DNA of 63,653 nt, the filler included, from Parasitella parasitica NRRL 2501 (taxonomy: Eukaryota; Fungi; Mucoromycota): the NCBI GenBank assembly GCA_025201805.1. It is 8 parts of 8 records of this genome, joined end to end, with 100 filler letters (N's around TTAATTAATTAA, not from the genome) between each part and the next. Parts side by side here need not be neighbours in the genome. Positions count along the whole stretch, not along the records: positions 25,576 to 48,822 come from MU619313.1; positions 48,923 to 50,749 come from MU619602.1; positions 50,850 to 54,354 come from MU619424.1; positions 54,455 to 57,154 come from MU619553.1; 4 more parts are not named here. The stretch is one strand, 5' to 3'. Both the position numbers and the translations under genes were made by a program. Shown here in pieces: positions 43,227 to 54,782 of this stretch. How positions within the stretch are numbered: position 1 is the stretch's first letter; every line of letters begins with the position of its first letter. The notes beneath the pieces were generated by a model. It saw nothing but the letters and a program-made list of their open reading frames with translations. It was not told where the DNA came from and made no database searches.

Positions 43227-43894
43227 ATGGCTGCAACTGTCTATATTGTCATCTATACTCTTTATCATCACATCTACAAATTAGCTGTAGAAATTCAAAA
43301 GGGTCTTGAAGCTCAAGGTGTAACCGTCAAGGTTTTCCAAGGTTTAATACTACCTTCATTTTGTCGAACAATGTACTAAATCATGTAAATTTAGTCCAAG
43401 AGACTTTATCTGATGACATTCTTCAAAAGATGCATGCTCCGGCTAAACCTGATCTTCCAATTATCACCGTGGACCAATTGACTGAGGCTGATGGTATCAT
43501 CTTCGGTATTCCTACTCGGTTTGGAACAATGCCCGCTCAACTTAAAGCTCTTTTGGATGCTACAGGTAAATTATGGGCAACAGGTGCACTTGCCGGTAAA
43601 TTTGCTGGAACTTTCTTCTGTACTGCGTCGCAACACGGTGGCCAAGAAACTACAGCTCTTACCACTGTCACTTATTTTGCTCACCATGGCATGATCTATG
43701 TTCCATTTGGTTTTGCTAGTGCTCATCTATTCGATAATTCCGAGGTTGTTGGCGGATCTGCTTACGGCGCTGGTACTGTCGCAAATGGTGATGGTTCCCG
43801 TCAACCCACAGAAAAGGAACTAGAAATCGCTCGCAACCAAGGTGAAAATTTTGGTAAAGTTATAACTACATATGTCAGAGGAAAGACTATTTAG
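43227..43894 (+). CDS. Second WrbA/Pst2-type quinone oxidoreductase (one intron at ~43342-43395)
   Basis: MAATVYIVIYTLYHHI, GIPTRFG, TASQHGGQETTA and GGSAYGAG. Confidence 0.92.
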
Positions 43895-43972
43895 ATATAC
43901 ACTTTATTCAATAATAAACATACGCAGTGGCTCTTTAAGCTTTTACTTGTACAGGAAGTTTATTTACATATC

Positions 43973-46900
43973 CTAATTAAAAACTTCTTGTACTCGGTCC
44001 TCAATTGCTTTAACACAGTCGTGATGCTGTTCAACCCATTCACGAAGTTCATTCATGCCTTTCTGCAAATATTCCGGGGTTGAGGAGAGTTTAGTTGTGA
44101 TTTCAGTCTCGTCTGTTGCTTTGAGACAAGTGATATCGTATTTAGTATCATATGTATCAAATCGAGCGTTAGCTAGCCCTATAATATGGCCTTTTATATC
44201 GTGAAAGTGGTTCAATGGCAAACGAAATTCAATTTGACAAACTCCTTGACTTTTGTCTGTAACCAAAAGAGTCTGACGCCATAATTTACGACCATTTAGG
44301 TTTTCCATAATAGGCGAGCCTGTTTCTATTCAGCAATGAATTAAACCGTGTATCACTGTTTTAACAGTCAGGACTTACGTAAAATATATACAGCTAAATC
44401 AATATCTGACAGCTTATCCTGATGGCGAATATTTACACAAAGAGTAATAAACCTAGGAATATACGCATTTTTTGTAATAACCGAAACGGCGGGCTCCCAT
44501 CGAGTCATGAGTGTTGTCTTTAGATCCAAGCCAGGATACTTCTTATTTTTAGGATGGTAAGGCTGTACAAAGAAAACCTTAAAGCGGTTGCCTTCTACAA
44601 TGTCCAAATGATTTAATTCGTTTGCTTTTGATAATAGCAACGTAGCCCATGGTTGTTGGGATCCATGTAAAGCATCACAGACACGAACTCTGAAATAGCC
44701 TTCTACTCTTCGTTCTTCAAGTTTTTTTGGTTCGCTAACGGTTCTATCCAAATGAGGAATATTGCTAGATTTATAGTTGGCTCTGAAATTCGGCAAGCCA
44801 TAACTCTGTTGGCGGCGAAGGCCACCAAACCTGTCAAAGGTTTCGATTTTGCGACGTGCATCTTCTTCTTCCTTTGCCGTTAGAGTTATTGTCATGCCAT
44901 TCGGTAATGATTCCCTGTACAAGATAGGAAGTTTTCGACAGACAACAATATCAATGGCTGTAACTGTGCCACCATCGTCAAAAATAGTTGGAATCGATCT
45001 AATAACCAGTTTTCTTTTATGGTACCCTAGCTTTTCATCCCATCGAGCTGGTAGACATCCGTTTGATGATATCGACAGCATCGTTTCATTGTCTCTTATG
45101 CTAAGAGGTGACTGAGCTGTCTTATCACCAACAATTTGAGCACCACATATTGACAATTTGAGTCCAATCTTTAGTCTCTTTCGTGCAATAGCATGCTCCA
45201 TTCTCAGGTCTATGCGCGAACGTATTTTATACCATCCATCAGACAGAAGAAGTTGGTATTTGTTTGCTGTAAAAGCTGGTTATTCGTCAATCTACACAAA
45301 CTTCGGAATATGGACCTACATGTGTTATAATTCGACAGGGAGTTTTTTGTTTCGATAATATCTACGATGACCAAAACCATATGCTTTACAGAATTATCGT
45401 CCTGTTCCAAAATCTTTTTCAAAACTGGTCTTTGTCCCATGTTCACCTCACGTTCATATCTGTATAACAATTGATTGAGAACCAACTTGTTACGCCACTG
45501 ATCTATAAATTGATCAGGATAAGATCGGATCTGACAGGCGATTTTCCAGACAATCAAGCCATAATGATTTTGGACCCAAGCTGATGTTAAGCGGGTAGAG
45601 ACGCAATTTGATTGTATCATATCTTGCTGAGCATCTTTCCAACCCCAAATTCCTTGAAACATGTATGATTCTGCTTTATGTATGGTCATACTGATGATAT
45701 CGTATGGTCTATACAACATGCTTGTTAGATAATTCAATCAAAACTCTACTACTTCAAAGTGTTTACATGTCTTTAGATATTAATTGCTGCATACTGTAAG
45801 ATAACGGTTTACCCAGTGATGATAGCTTGTAACGGTTCTCTATGGCTTGAAAAACAGTAAAATCAATAAACTGATATTAGCATTTGTTTTTGAACCCTAC
45901 GAGTAAGATTGAACACTGGCTGTCCTATCAACTTCGAGTTACACTTGTTGTTTATGGCTGCTTTTGTCAATTCAATATTAGAATGAATGATTGGTGATTT
46001 GAACGGCTTGTTCTGTTTTTGAGGCGTTTTGAATCGTTTGTTGCGTTTACGTTGAATAGGTATAAACTGTGTTGTATCATTTTCATTTGGTGAATATGCT
46101 AGGGTATCATTTACAACTTGCTTGGGAGCGATATCTGGAACAATTTCCGCACTTTTTGGGCTGTCTGGTACAGTAGAATCTTTTTCAAACATTGTAATAG
46201 CTTCTATTTTGGCTTTGGAAGAAACACTGATCGCTTTCTTGCTGCTTCCCATTTGAAATCCACCATATTTATCCAGCACTTTTTCATAATTCAGCTCTGT
46301 ATCAAGAGGTCGTTTCAATCCTTGTTTCGTCTGATCTTTTCGTAGTACATTCACTTTGCCCTCATTTGCAATTGATTTAGATTTTAATTCAATACTGTCT
46401 CGACTAAGCTTTTCCAGGGTTTGCCCAGAAGATGTTTTAATTCCATTTGAAATATTTGAATTTGCCTTCATTTTATCATCCAAATTTTCAAGCAACAATA
46501 GAGCCTCTTTTTGCGTTTTTTTTGATACAGGGCCAAGCGATTTGCCGGATGCAGTGGCAAATTCAATTATCGCAGGTTTCTCCTCCATACATTCCTCATC
46601 GTTGAATAACGCCAACGCTATCTTTTTAGCTCCTTCAGATATTGGTTTTAAAGCTTTTCCCGATGCTGTTGTAAACCCTCCCATTGTGTGTGGTTTATTT
46701 TCAAATATGACTGCAGAAGAAGGTGATGATGTTGACGTAGGTATTTTGGGTGATTGGATTTCTTTTTGAGCATTTATGTGATTGACATCCATATTTGATA
46801 ACAAATCGATGTCTACATTACTCCAGATACTTTCATCTTGCGAATCATATAAGAATGAGCATTCATCTATCATTGGTTCTTTGTTTTGAACATCTAAATG

Positions 46901-47274
46901 TAGTTTAATAATATGCTCTGTTCATAAAATCAGATACGTTGCTACCAGGTATATTTCTAAGCTGTTTGTTGACACAAATTTCTCCAAGAGGTGTTTGTTT
47001 TCTTTTATTTTCTTTGCTTCTGAAAGGTATCTCAAATAATTCATCTAGAAATACATCAAAATCTCCATCTGAATCATCGACATCCTTTTCGCTCTAGAAT
47101 CATATAACTTGTTAATGACCAGAAAACTTCAAAGTTTTTTACACATACTTCTACATTTGCTACGGCATTTCTCTCAATTATTTGTAAACTCTCATATAAT
47201 GTATCTTGCACACTTGGTGTAAATTCATCCCAATCATCTTCAAATTCGTCGTGATCGTCCATGAAAACTGACAT
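43973..47274 (-). CDS. BRCA2: BRCA2/Brh2 homolog (BRC-like repeats, helical domain, OB folds), multi-exon
   Basis: FTTASGK and FATASGK BRC motifs, WVQNHYGLIVWK, QLLYRYERE, LSDGWY, KIGLKL.ICGA, SNGCLPARWD.KLG and GGTV..ID. Confidence 0.9.
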
Positions 47275-48922
47275 AAAAGTTCCAAAGAGTTAAAAGATAC
47301 TAGTTAAATAAAACCGAATATTTTTGAAGTGAGAACTGTGCTTTTCCAAGATCGAGTGCAGTGACTGCCGGGCATGGTATGGGAAGGGATGGCACCAGAG
47401 TTACAAGATGTTAGGCGCTTGCTTTGCACTCATGTTGACAAAGTTCCAAACAAGCACTTTCACAATATCGTATATGTCACTTGAGACATACAAGGTTAAA
47501 TTTCGTCGTGAATAGTCCCTGATGCTTCCACATTGTCAAACTTTTTCATTCTAAAGATGTCAGTTATAAGGGTGAATGCCTGAAAAAGTCAGCGAAAAGA
47601 ACATGTCGATAACAAAAGAAAAACCAAAAAACTAAGAATTCATCAGATACCATCGTAGTCATGTAAACCACCATCATACTTTTGGATATGGAGTTTTGTA
47701 GAAAAATATCATCACTTTAAGAATTCGATTTCGCAGCTCGAGACTGTACACCACGAGTGCGATACAAAAACTATTTTAAATTCCTGAGTTTACTGTTACG
47801 GGTATAAGTGAATTTTGTGATGCTGCCATATTTTCGGGATTTGAATCGAAAATTACCATAATAAGAAGATGTTCCTGAACGGACTTTACAAAAAAAGAAT
47901 CAAGGTTTTAAGTGATAAATATTGTTCTAGCGGTTACATGTCAAAACGACACATGGCTTAAATAAAAAAGGGGCTTTCTTTCGTCTAAATAATTCATAGC
48001 ATACTTTATCCATTTGGTCTATATCGCTGAGATTCTTCGCAAATCTATAATTTATCAAGAACATTATTGCAACAACAAACATATATTAGGTCATTCCTCG
48101 TACACCTTGTATATTTGTTAGACAGTACCCAAAATCTATCTAAATATATTTCACGAACAAGCACCGCAGCGTATCATTACATTAGAAGGGTAAATTTATT
48201 TTGTTGTGTTAATTTTTTTCTCACGTGATTGAAGTTTGAGCCAATGGAAACTCTGTTCCTGAATCTGTTTTGAATATACTTATTGAATAATGTTTTATAT
48301 TTGAAATAAATCAAACTTTCTTACGTTTAAATTCTATCATATATACTTACTTGCTATTCTATCGCTGCGATACCATACCATCTTAGTTATTCGACAGAAT
48401 ATACACTTAAACAACAGCAAAACAGTCGAATCAGTCTCGGGTCTGACCTGTTTACTGCAAGATCCTTCCATAACATTACTACATAATTTTGTTGTGCCCA
48501 AGGCACCAGTGTTTCGGCAAAATGCGAGTAAATAGCGGGTCACCCGACTAACAATGCCGGTCCGGCAATTCCAGAAGAGGATTCGAACAATGGTGACGTA
48601 TCCTGGGTTTCCCTAGTAGCATGTGTTATAAATACAGTGTTTCTACTTTAAATTCAGACGATGTTAATTTTTTTCTTGACGAATTGAAATTAATATTTAG
48701 ACAAATAGCTTTCCTATTTTGGAAAGCAAAATAATTATTTTCAGATAAAAAAGAAATTATTTTAGACGAATCAGAGTTAATTATTGGACCATTATCTTAC
48801 CTATTGTGGAAAAAGTAAAAATNNNNNNNNNNNNNNNNNNNNNNNNNNNNNNNNNNNNNNNNNNNNTTAATTAATTAANNNNNNNNNNNNNNNNNNNNNN
48901 NNNNNNNNNNNNNNNNNNNNNN

Positions 48923-50749
48923 ATTCGTATCTGATACAATCATATAATATATTTGCAGTAAATCAGCAAGCGTAGTACTTGTAGGAATTGATATAGTGCA
49001 GATGTAGCAGTGCGTATACATCATTACCCCCTGCCAAATTCCTAGAGGATAACAAGTACGGAGGTCGAGAAAAAAAAAGAAAACCGATGATAGAAGATAA
49101 CCAGAAGTAGACAATCCAAAGATGAGAAGCAAGCAAAGAGGATACCGGTACCAAAAGAAAAAAGAAAACCATTACAGGAGCCAAAAAAAATAAAAGATAG
49201 ATATGCTTGAGATGGATCGAGACAATTTGGAGAACATGACTGTAGCAGATCGAATAAAAACCTTGAAAAAAAACCATACAGGCCAAAAAAAAAAAAAAAA
49301 AAAAAGCAAGGAAAAGATCTCTACTGTTCTTGATTGTGAATTCTAGAATTCGAGCGTACTGGAAAGCGTGGCTTTGGAGTTGGGCCTGCGTGAGCACGGC
49401 GACGATGCAATTTACGCTTGTTGACAGTGTTGGGCAACAATCGACTGTCACGATTGCCTTGAGGAGAGATGCGATGCCAGTAATCATTGATAGGCTTTTT
49501 AGAATCAAAATCAGATTCCTCTTGCCAAGTATTGTCACTTTTATCAGGGTAGCCAACCCAATTAACGAGATATTGTATAGCACCTGTCTGTTTGTCAACG
49601 CGATGCGCTACAATAGCCTGAACTTCATAGTGATTGTCACGTAATTCGTTGGTGATATGATTATCAGCAGAATCAATCAAACAAATATGTTGAGTCGACA
49701 CATCACGAGGCAACAATTCCCCAGTTATGTCAGCCAAGACATAACTGCCATGTCGAGTATAATTCTTAATGAAATACGGACCAAGCCAACGGGGCTCCAG
49801 TTTCGACGATTTGGTAACATTAAGAATCATCACTTTCGAATTGATGGGATACTTATCATGAACAATTTTGTGTTTAGCTTCAAAACGAGCATGATCAAGC
49901 AACTGGGTTTCCTTAATTCGTTTGTGAATAGCAGGAATAACGACTAATTTAACAAATTTCAATCGCTTGTCAACAACAACACTATCAGGCTGAGCAATAG
50001 TAGATGGAGAGGGATCGTTCGAGTAATCTTGGAACATATTAGGAGCTCGAGCGAACATAACAGAAAAAGGTTGAGACTTGTGCAGACGAGCATATTGAAT
50101 ATTCATAGCATATTGAACAACATCTAAATATTCATCCCAAGCCTCAGGTTCAAGAGCATCATGGGTTAGAGATTTGATAATGGCACGTTTGGAAATGCCC
50201 ATGAACGCCTCACATAAACCGTTGCCAGTAGGAGTATAAGGATTAGCAGTGAGACGATCTATACCACTAAGTTCGAGAAACTCTCTGATGAAAGTTGAGA
50301 CAAATTCGTTGCCATTGTCAGATGTAATTTGACGAGGCCATCCAAATAAGCAACACACCTTAAGCAAGGCTCTTGCAACAGTAACAGGGCTTTTATCTGG
50401 TATTGCACGCAGAATAGTAAACCGACTGAAATAATCAACAATGACCAATAAATAATTATTGCCAGATGTTGATGTCGTAGCAAAGTCTCCAAGATCCACA
50501 GCAATGTGATCAAAGACATTATCGGGAAGAGCACTTCGTGGGGGATGGTATCCAACCTTAAAAATACCATGAGATTGACAGGCATGACAATCCTTCAATA
50601 CTTTGCTAATATCATCACGCATATTCGTCCAATGCACATGATAATCGTTATGCAAAATCTTTTCAATGGAATTGATGCCAACATGACCCAACAAATGTAC
50701 ACGCAAAATGAGCTCTAAGCGATCAGCTTTAGGGGGAGTCATGTAATCG
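48923..50749 (-). mobile_element. Ty3/Gypsy chromovirus 3' part: integrase and chromodomain ORF (49321-50742), PPT and start of 3' LTR
   Basis: HHCC motif (H..GH...CHAC), DDE core (IAVDL, VDYFSRF, SDNGNEF, GLCE), GPY motif (PRWLGPY), chromodomain (YEVQAIVAH..YLVNWVGY..NTW). GGCAGGGGGTAA PPT is followed by TG at 49023. Confidence 0.93.
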
Positions 50750-50849
50750 NNNNNNNNNNNNNNNNNNNNNNNNNNNNNNNNNNNNNNNNNNNNTTAATTA
50801 ATTAANNNNNNNNNNNNNNNNNNNNNNNNNNNNNNNNNNNNNNNNNNNN

Positions 50850-51404
50850 TACGACTCTAGTTCTTCCAAGCTTAAGTTCAAATGTTACATAAAAAAACAA
50901 AAATGCATAGAAGAAATCTGCCGACGACTTACATATGGAAGCGCTAAATACGGTGAAAAGTCAAGAATGACAGAAAAGAAACAAAAAACTAGTTATATTC
51001 CACCTACACCGATTGATCATGATATCAAACCTCGTAAAACAATTCTCGCCCTAGGAAATGCGATGTTCAATGGGAGTCTTCGAGGGAAAAAATCAGCACC
51101 AGTAAGACGTATCAGGGAATCATTGAGGAAGCGCTGTGGGGAGACGTTAGATATATGCTTCATAGACGAGTACCTAACAAGCCAAGTTTGCAACATCTGT
51201 AAAGAACGCAATTTGGAAAATGTTACAACGGCCAAGTCAGTGCGAAGAGTACATGCCGTATTGCAGTGTCAGCAAAACACTTGTAATACGGTATGGAATC
51301 GCGACATAATGGCTGCAAATAACATATTGGACATCTTTCTCTTCGCTGTATTCAATAACAACGAGCGTCCAGACATATTTAAGCGACACACCTCACCCGT
51401 ATGA
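50850..51404 (+). CDS. Fanzor1 (TnpB-like RNA-guided endonuclease), C-terminal 184 aa; 5' part lost in the assembly gap
   Basis: Open from the gap: KLKFKCYIKKQKCIEEICRRL (bridge helix), ILALGNA (Gly at the canonical TnpB Glu position), IDEYLTSQVCNIC (rearranged RuvC-II Glu plus CxxC), CQQNTC and WNRDIMAANNI (RuvC-III Asp). Confidence 0.9.
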   Translation, partial: YDSSSSKLKFKCYIKKQKCIEEICRRLTYGSAKYGEKSRMTEKKQKTSYIPPTPIDHDIKPRKTILALGNAMFNGSLRGKKSAPVRRIRESLRKRCGETLDICFIDEYLTSQVCNICKERNLENVTTAKSVRRVHAVLQCQQNTCNTVWNRDIMAANNILDIFLFAVFNNNERPDIFKRHTSPV

Positions 51405-52361
51405 TTGATATAACTCTCTCATACTCCTTACAGATGTAAGTATATATACATTCTAAACTTCAGTCAATATCCTAACCATTATTTTCTTTTTACCCAAGTT
51501 TTTCTGCTTTTCTAAGGTAAATTCATGATCATACTATAATACCATCAAAAACCAACTTAAATTGTCTAATTTCCATTTTTACTTTTTCCACAATAGGTAA
51601 GATAATGGTCCAATAATTAACTCTGATTCGTCTAAAATAATTTCTTTTTTATCTGAAAATAATTATTTTGTTTTCCAAAATAGGTAAGCTTTTTGTCTAA
51701 ATATGAATTTCAATTCGTCCAGAAAAAAATTAACATCGTCTGAATTTAAAGTAGAAAAACTGTATACAAGTCCCAAATAAACTATTCCTTCAAACGTACA
51801 GCCCTACATTTATTTATAAAACGCTTTTACTACAGCAGTGCTGCTAAAGCAAGCAATAAAAAATAACCAGTATCAATAGTATATCTTTTAATCGGTTAGA
51901 TATCCAGTAAAGAGCCAAGGAACGATTGTTCAAAGCAAAGCAGCTTTGCCCACAACGTAATGGACCATTAGAGCCTTGCGCAGTAAACCAGAACAACAAG
52001 AGCGCCAATGTGGATACCGTAGATGATACCAAAAGATAGGCCCCTAAAAAGCAAAAGTAAGCAATGTTAGCAACAAAAATAAACAAACTGTCATATATAT
52101 ATAACTTATAGCGCTTGCTCTCTGTAGCAAGTTCATACGCTATTTCCGCAGTCTTCTTTACCTTTACCCCCGCCCTTCCTCGAAAGTAGAGAGTGCTTGT
52201 AAGTAAAAAATGAGGAGTTTCACCGCAAGGTTCTCCTCCAATACAAAAAAAAATTGGCTTTGAACTTGGATCTAGCATGAAACTTTTACTTAAAAAAGGT
52301 GGTATATGGTGCGTTGTGAAAATAAAGAAAAGTAAATCTTGGGCAACTAACTATACATAGT

Positions 52362-54089
52362 TCATTTTTTGAGTCTTTTTTGAGCTCTTTCCGTTGATGT
52401 TGATGTTGATGTTGTCGGCATGGCTGGGAGAGGTACCTTCTCCAAGAAGTTATCAAACACACCAAGGTCATTTGTATCGACTTCCTTGTTATCCTCAGAA
52501 ACGACTTCGAACACCTCTTTCACCATCTCGCAACATACCCAAGTCGAGAGAACGACAGGTAGAACAGTTGAGCCAAACTGAGCCACGGAGTTGCTGATTA
52601 CCAAAGTGTTGCATCTTGAGATACGTGAAATATACTTCGTGGGTCTGTCCAATTGAATAAGCGTACTTGATAAACCAGAATGAATAAAACCAACAGTACG
52701 AATTTTTGTTGAACGATCATCAAATTTAACTTCCTCAAGTAAATTGTCAAGCATGTCTTTTAGTGCACGAGGTAGTTTATAAAAGCCTTCTTTCATGAAA
52801 TTTGTACCAGATTCATTTTCAACAGTTGGCTTGGCTTCACTTGCTCCGAATTCCAAAGAAATAGAATGCTGGATGTTGTATTGTCTGAATATCAAATCAC
52901 ACTTGTGACCGCAGCGTAGTCGAGTAGCTTTCGTGATGGATTCGATACCTCTACCTTCGTTCATTCTCTTCTTGCTCCCTAAGCTGGCCGACTCTCCACA
53001 TACAGCCTCAATGTTTTCGAGTTTATCGAAGCAAGATTCGATCATCGACCAGATGTGAGATTGGTACCATTGTTCATGGTGGCATCGAGCCATATTACCG
53101 TGTTCGTACTCTCGAACCAAAGAATAAACTACCGAGTTAATCCAGTCTTCGTCAAAACTTTCGTCTTTGTTGTAGTCGGCATGAAGAGTGTGGCTTTTTC
53201 CGAGAGCGAATCGGAGTTCAGCTGTGGTTTTCTTGTTGTATTTGTTGAGAAAATGCTTCAGCGAATCAGGGGCAGTAGGGAGGCTCTTCTTCTGATAATT
53301 GATGATTTCTTGTAGCTCGTTTTGGCTGAAGACGTTATAAGTAGTGTAGTTGCTGTCGTAAGGGTCAATAATTAGCGATCTACTTGGATGATCAGATTCG
53401 CATTGCAATCCAAATATAAACAGTTCATCGTCGACGCATTTGCCATTGGAGAGATACCACTTGTCTTCTGATTTTAGTTTGCTGAACATCTTCTTGAACT
53501 CAAAGTTACGTTCGTCAGGTTCATCCTTTACAACATAGTTAGTTACTAGTTTAGAAGTCAACAAACTAATTTCTTACACTATACGCGCTTTGACTATCTT
53601 CATTATCTGAACGTTGATCAATATTGCCGACATTTTGGAGAGTATCATTATCTGCTTGTACTAAATCCTCAGCCATTGCGATTTCGTTTTGAATTTGGCC
53701 GGCTTTTAGAGTCATTGTAAGGTACTTCTTGCTAACCATTAGCTTTTTCCGAGTCTGTAAGTAAAAGTATTGCTTGACCAATGTAGTGTCTAAAAGCTAA
53801 AGAAGATACTATTAATAACCCATTCAATGCAATAGACGAAAAAAAAAAAGAAAAACTTGAATACGCGTACTGATTGTGCTTTCTTTTTATATTTTCTAGC
53901 CCACAAAATGACACTACTGTTGGTACTCTTTTTCAAGTTCAAGTTGCTTATATCGCTCAAAGCATTCTCCAGAGCATTCAAACAAGAATCAAAGCTTTCG
54001 CATTTAGTATGTTTTGCAAAAGCTAGTGCTTGAAATGATGTGCCCGGTGTCCAGTTCGTCAATATCCAATCTTTGTTTGATTGCTGCAT
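52362..54089 (-). CDS. Hypothetical protein with C-terminal PD-(D/E)XK (REase-like) domain; exons approx 54089-53871, 53796-~53577, ~53525-52362
   Basis: KW.L.NGK.V, GESAS..SK.R.N..R, GHKCDLIFR..EFGASEAK and K.P..LKDML motifs. GT-AG introns join the three ORFs in frame. Confidence 0.7.
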
Positions 54090-54454
54090 AACGTATTATC
54101 GGAAAAAGAAAAAGCGTAACACACTTCACTTTGAAGTAAGGACACGCAAAAGCAAAGAGGTCTAATGGTGTTTGTGACGTCAAAGCAGTCCCAGTGACGT
54201 CAAATTTTAAAATTGGAGGGCAGTACCTATTTTTTTTCTTTTTTTTTTTTTCGTTAGCTTTTCATCCTCACCTCAACAAGATTGGATCTTGCTATCTGCT
54301 ATTCCAGTGCATGGCGTCCTGGATGCATTCTTTTCAGAGTGTATTAAATGCAGGNNNNNNNNNNNNNNNNNNNNNNNNNNNNNNNNNNNNNNNNNNNNTT
54401 AATTAATTAANNNNNNNNNNNNNNNNNNNNNNNNNNNNNNNNNNNNNNNNNNNN

Positions 54455-54782
54455 TGGCTAACATTTGGAGGGCTCACTACCGTTTTGTCTTTAACCAAAA
54501 GGCTTTCGAAACCGCTGCCGTACTGAACAGTATCCGACTCGACATCTCCAAGATGATCGACGAAGATCAAGTTCATGCTTCTTTATAGGCTCTCTTTCTA
54601 TCCTTTCTTTTCTTATAAATTTTATTTCATTTTATTTTATCCTTTATCCACTTTATACTATATTCTTCATATCTTATCCTTCATATCTTATATAACTGAT
54701 GATTGCGCCCGCCGCTTGATTACACTCAAAACTCTGTAATTTACGCGGAGCAAGTAATAAAAATCTTTAAAAAAAAAAAAAA
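54455..54782 (+). mobile_element. 3' end of an L1-like LINE (ORF2 C-terminus, 3' UTR, poly-A)
   Basis: ANIWRAHYRFVFNQKAFE... stops at 54588; pyrimidine-rich UTR; AATAAA followed by an A-tract at 54769-54782. Confidence 0.7.

Larger units (their letters stand above)
48635..51762 (+). mobile_element. TA-flanked long-TIR DNA transposon (Tc1/mariner-type ends) carrying Fanzor
   Basis: Left TIR 48635-48822 (cut by a gap) and right TIR 51575-51762 are reverse complements over 188 bp with ~6 mismatches. CAGT...ACTG termini; TA at 48633-34 and 51763-64. Confidence 0.85.

Noticed and set aside
48571-48590. GTTCGAATCC (tRNA T-loop/B-box-like) on the minus strand
   Set aside because: No T-stem pairing or cloverleaf can be built around it.
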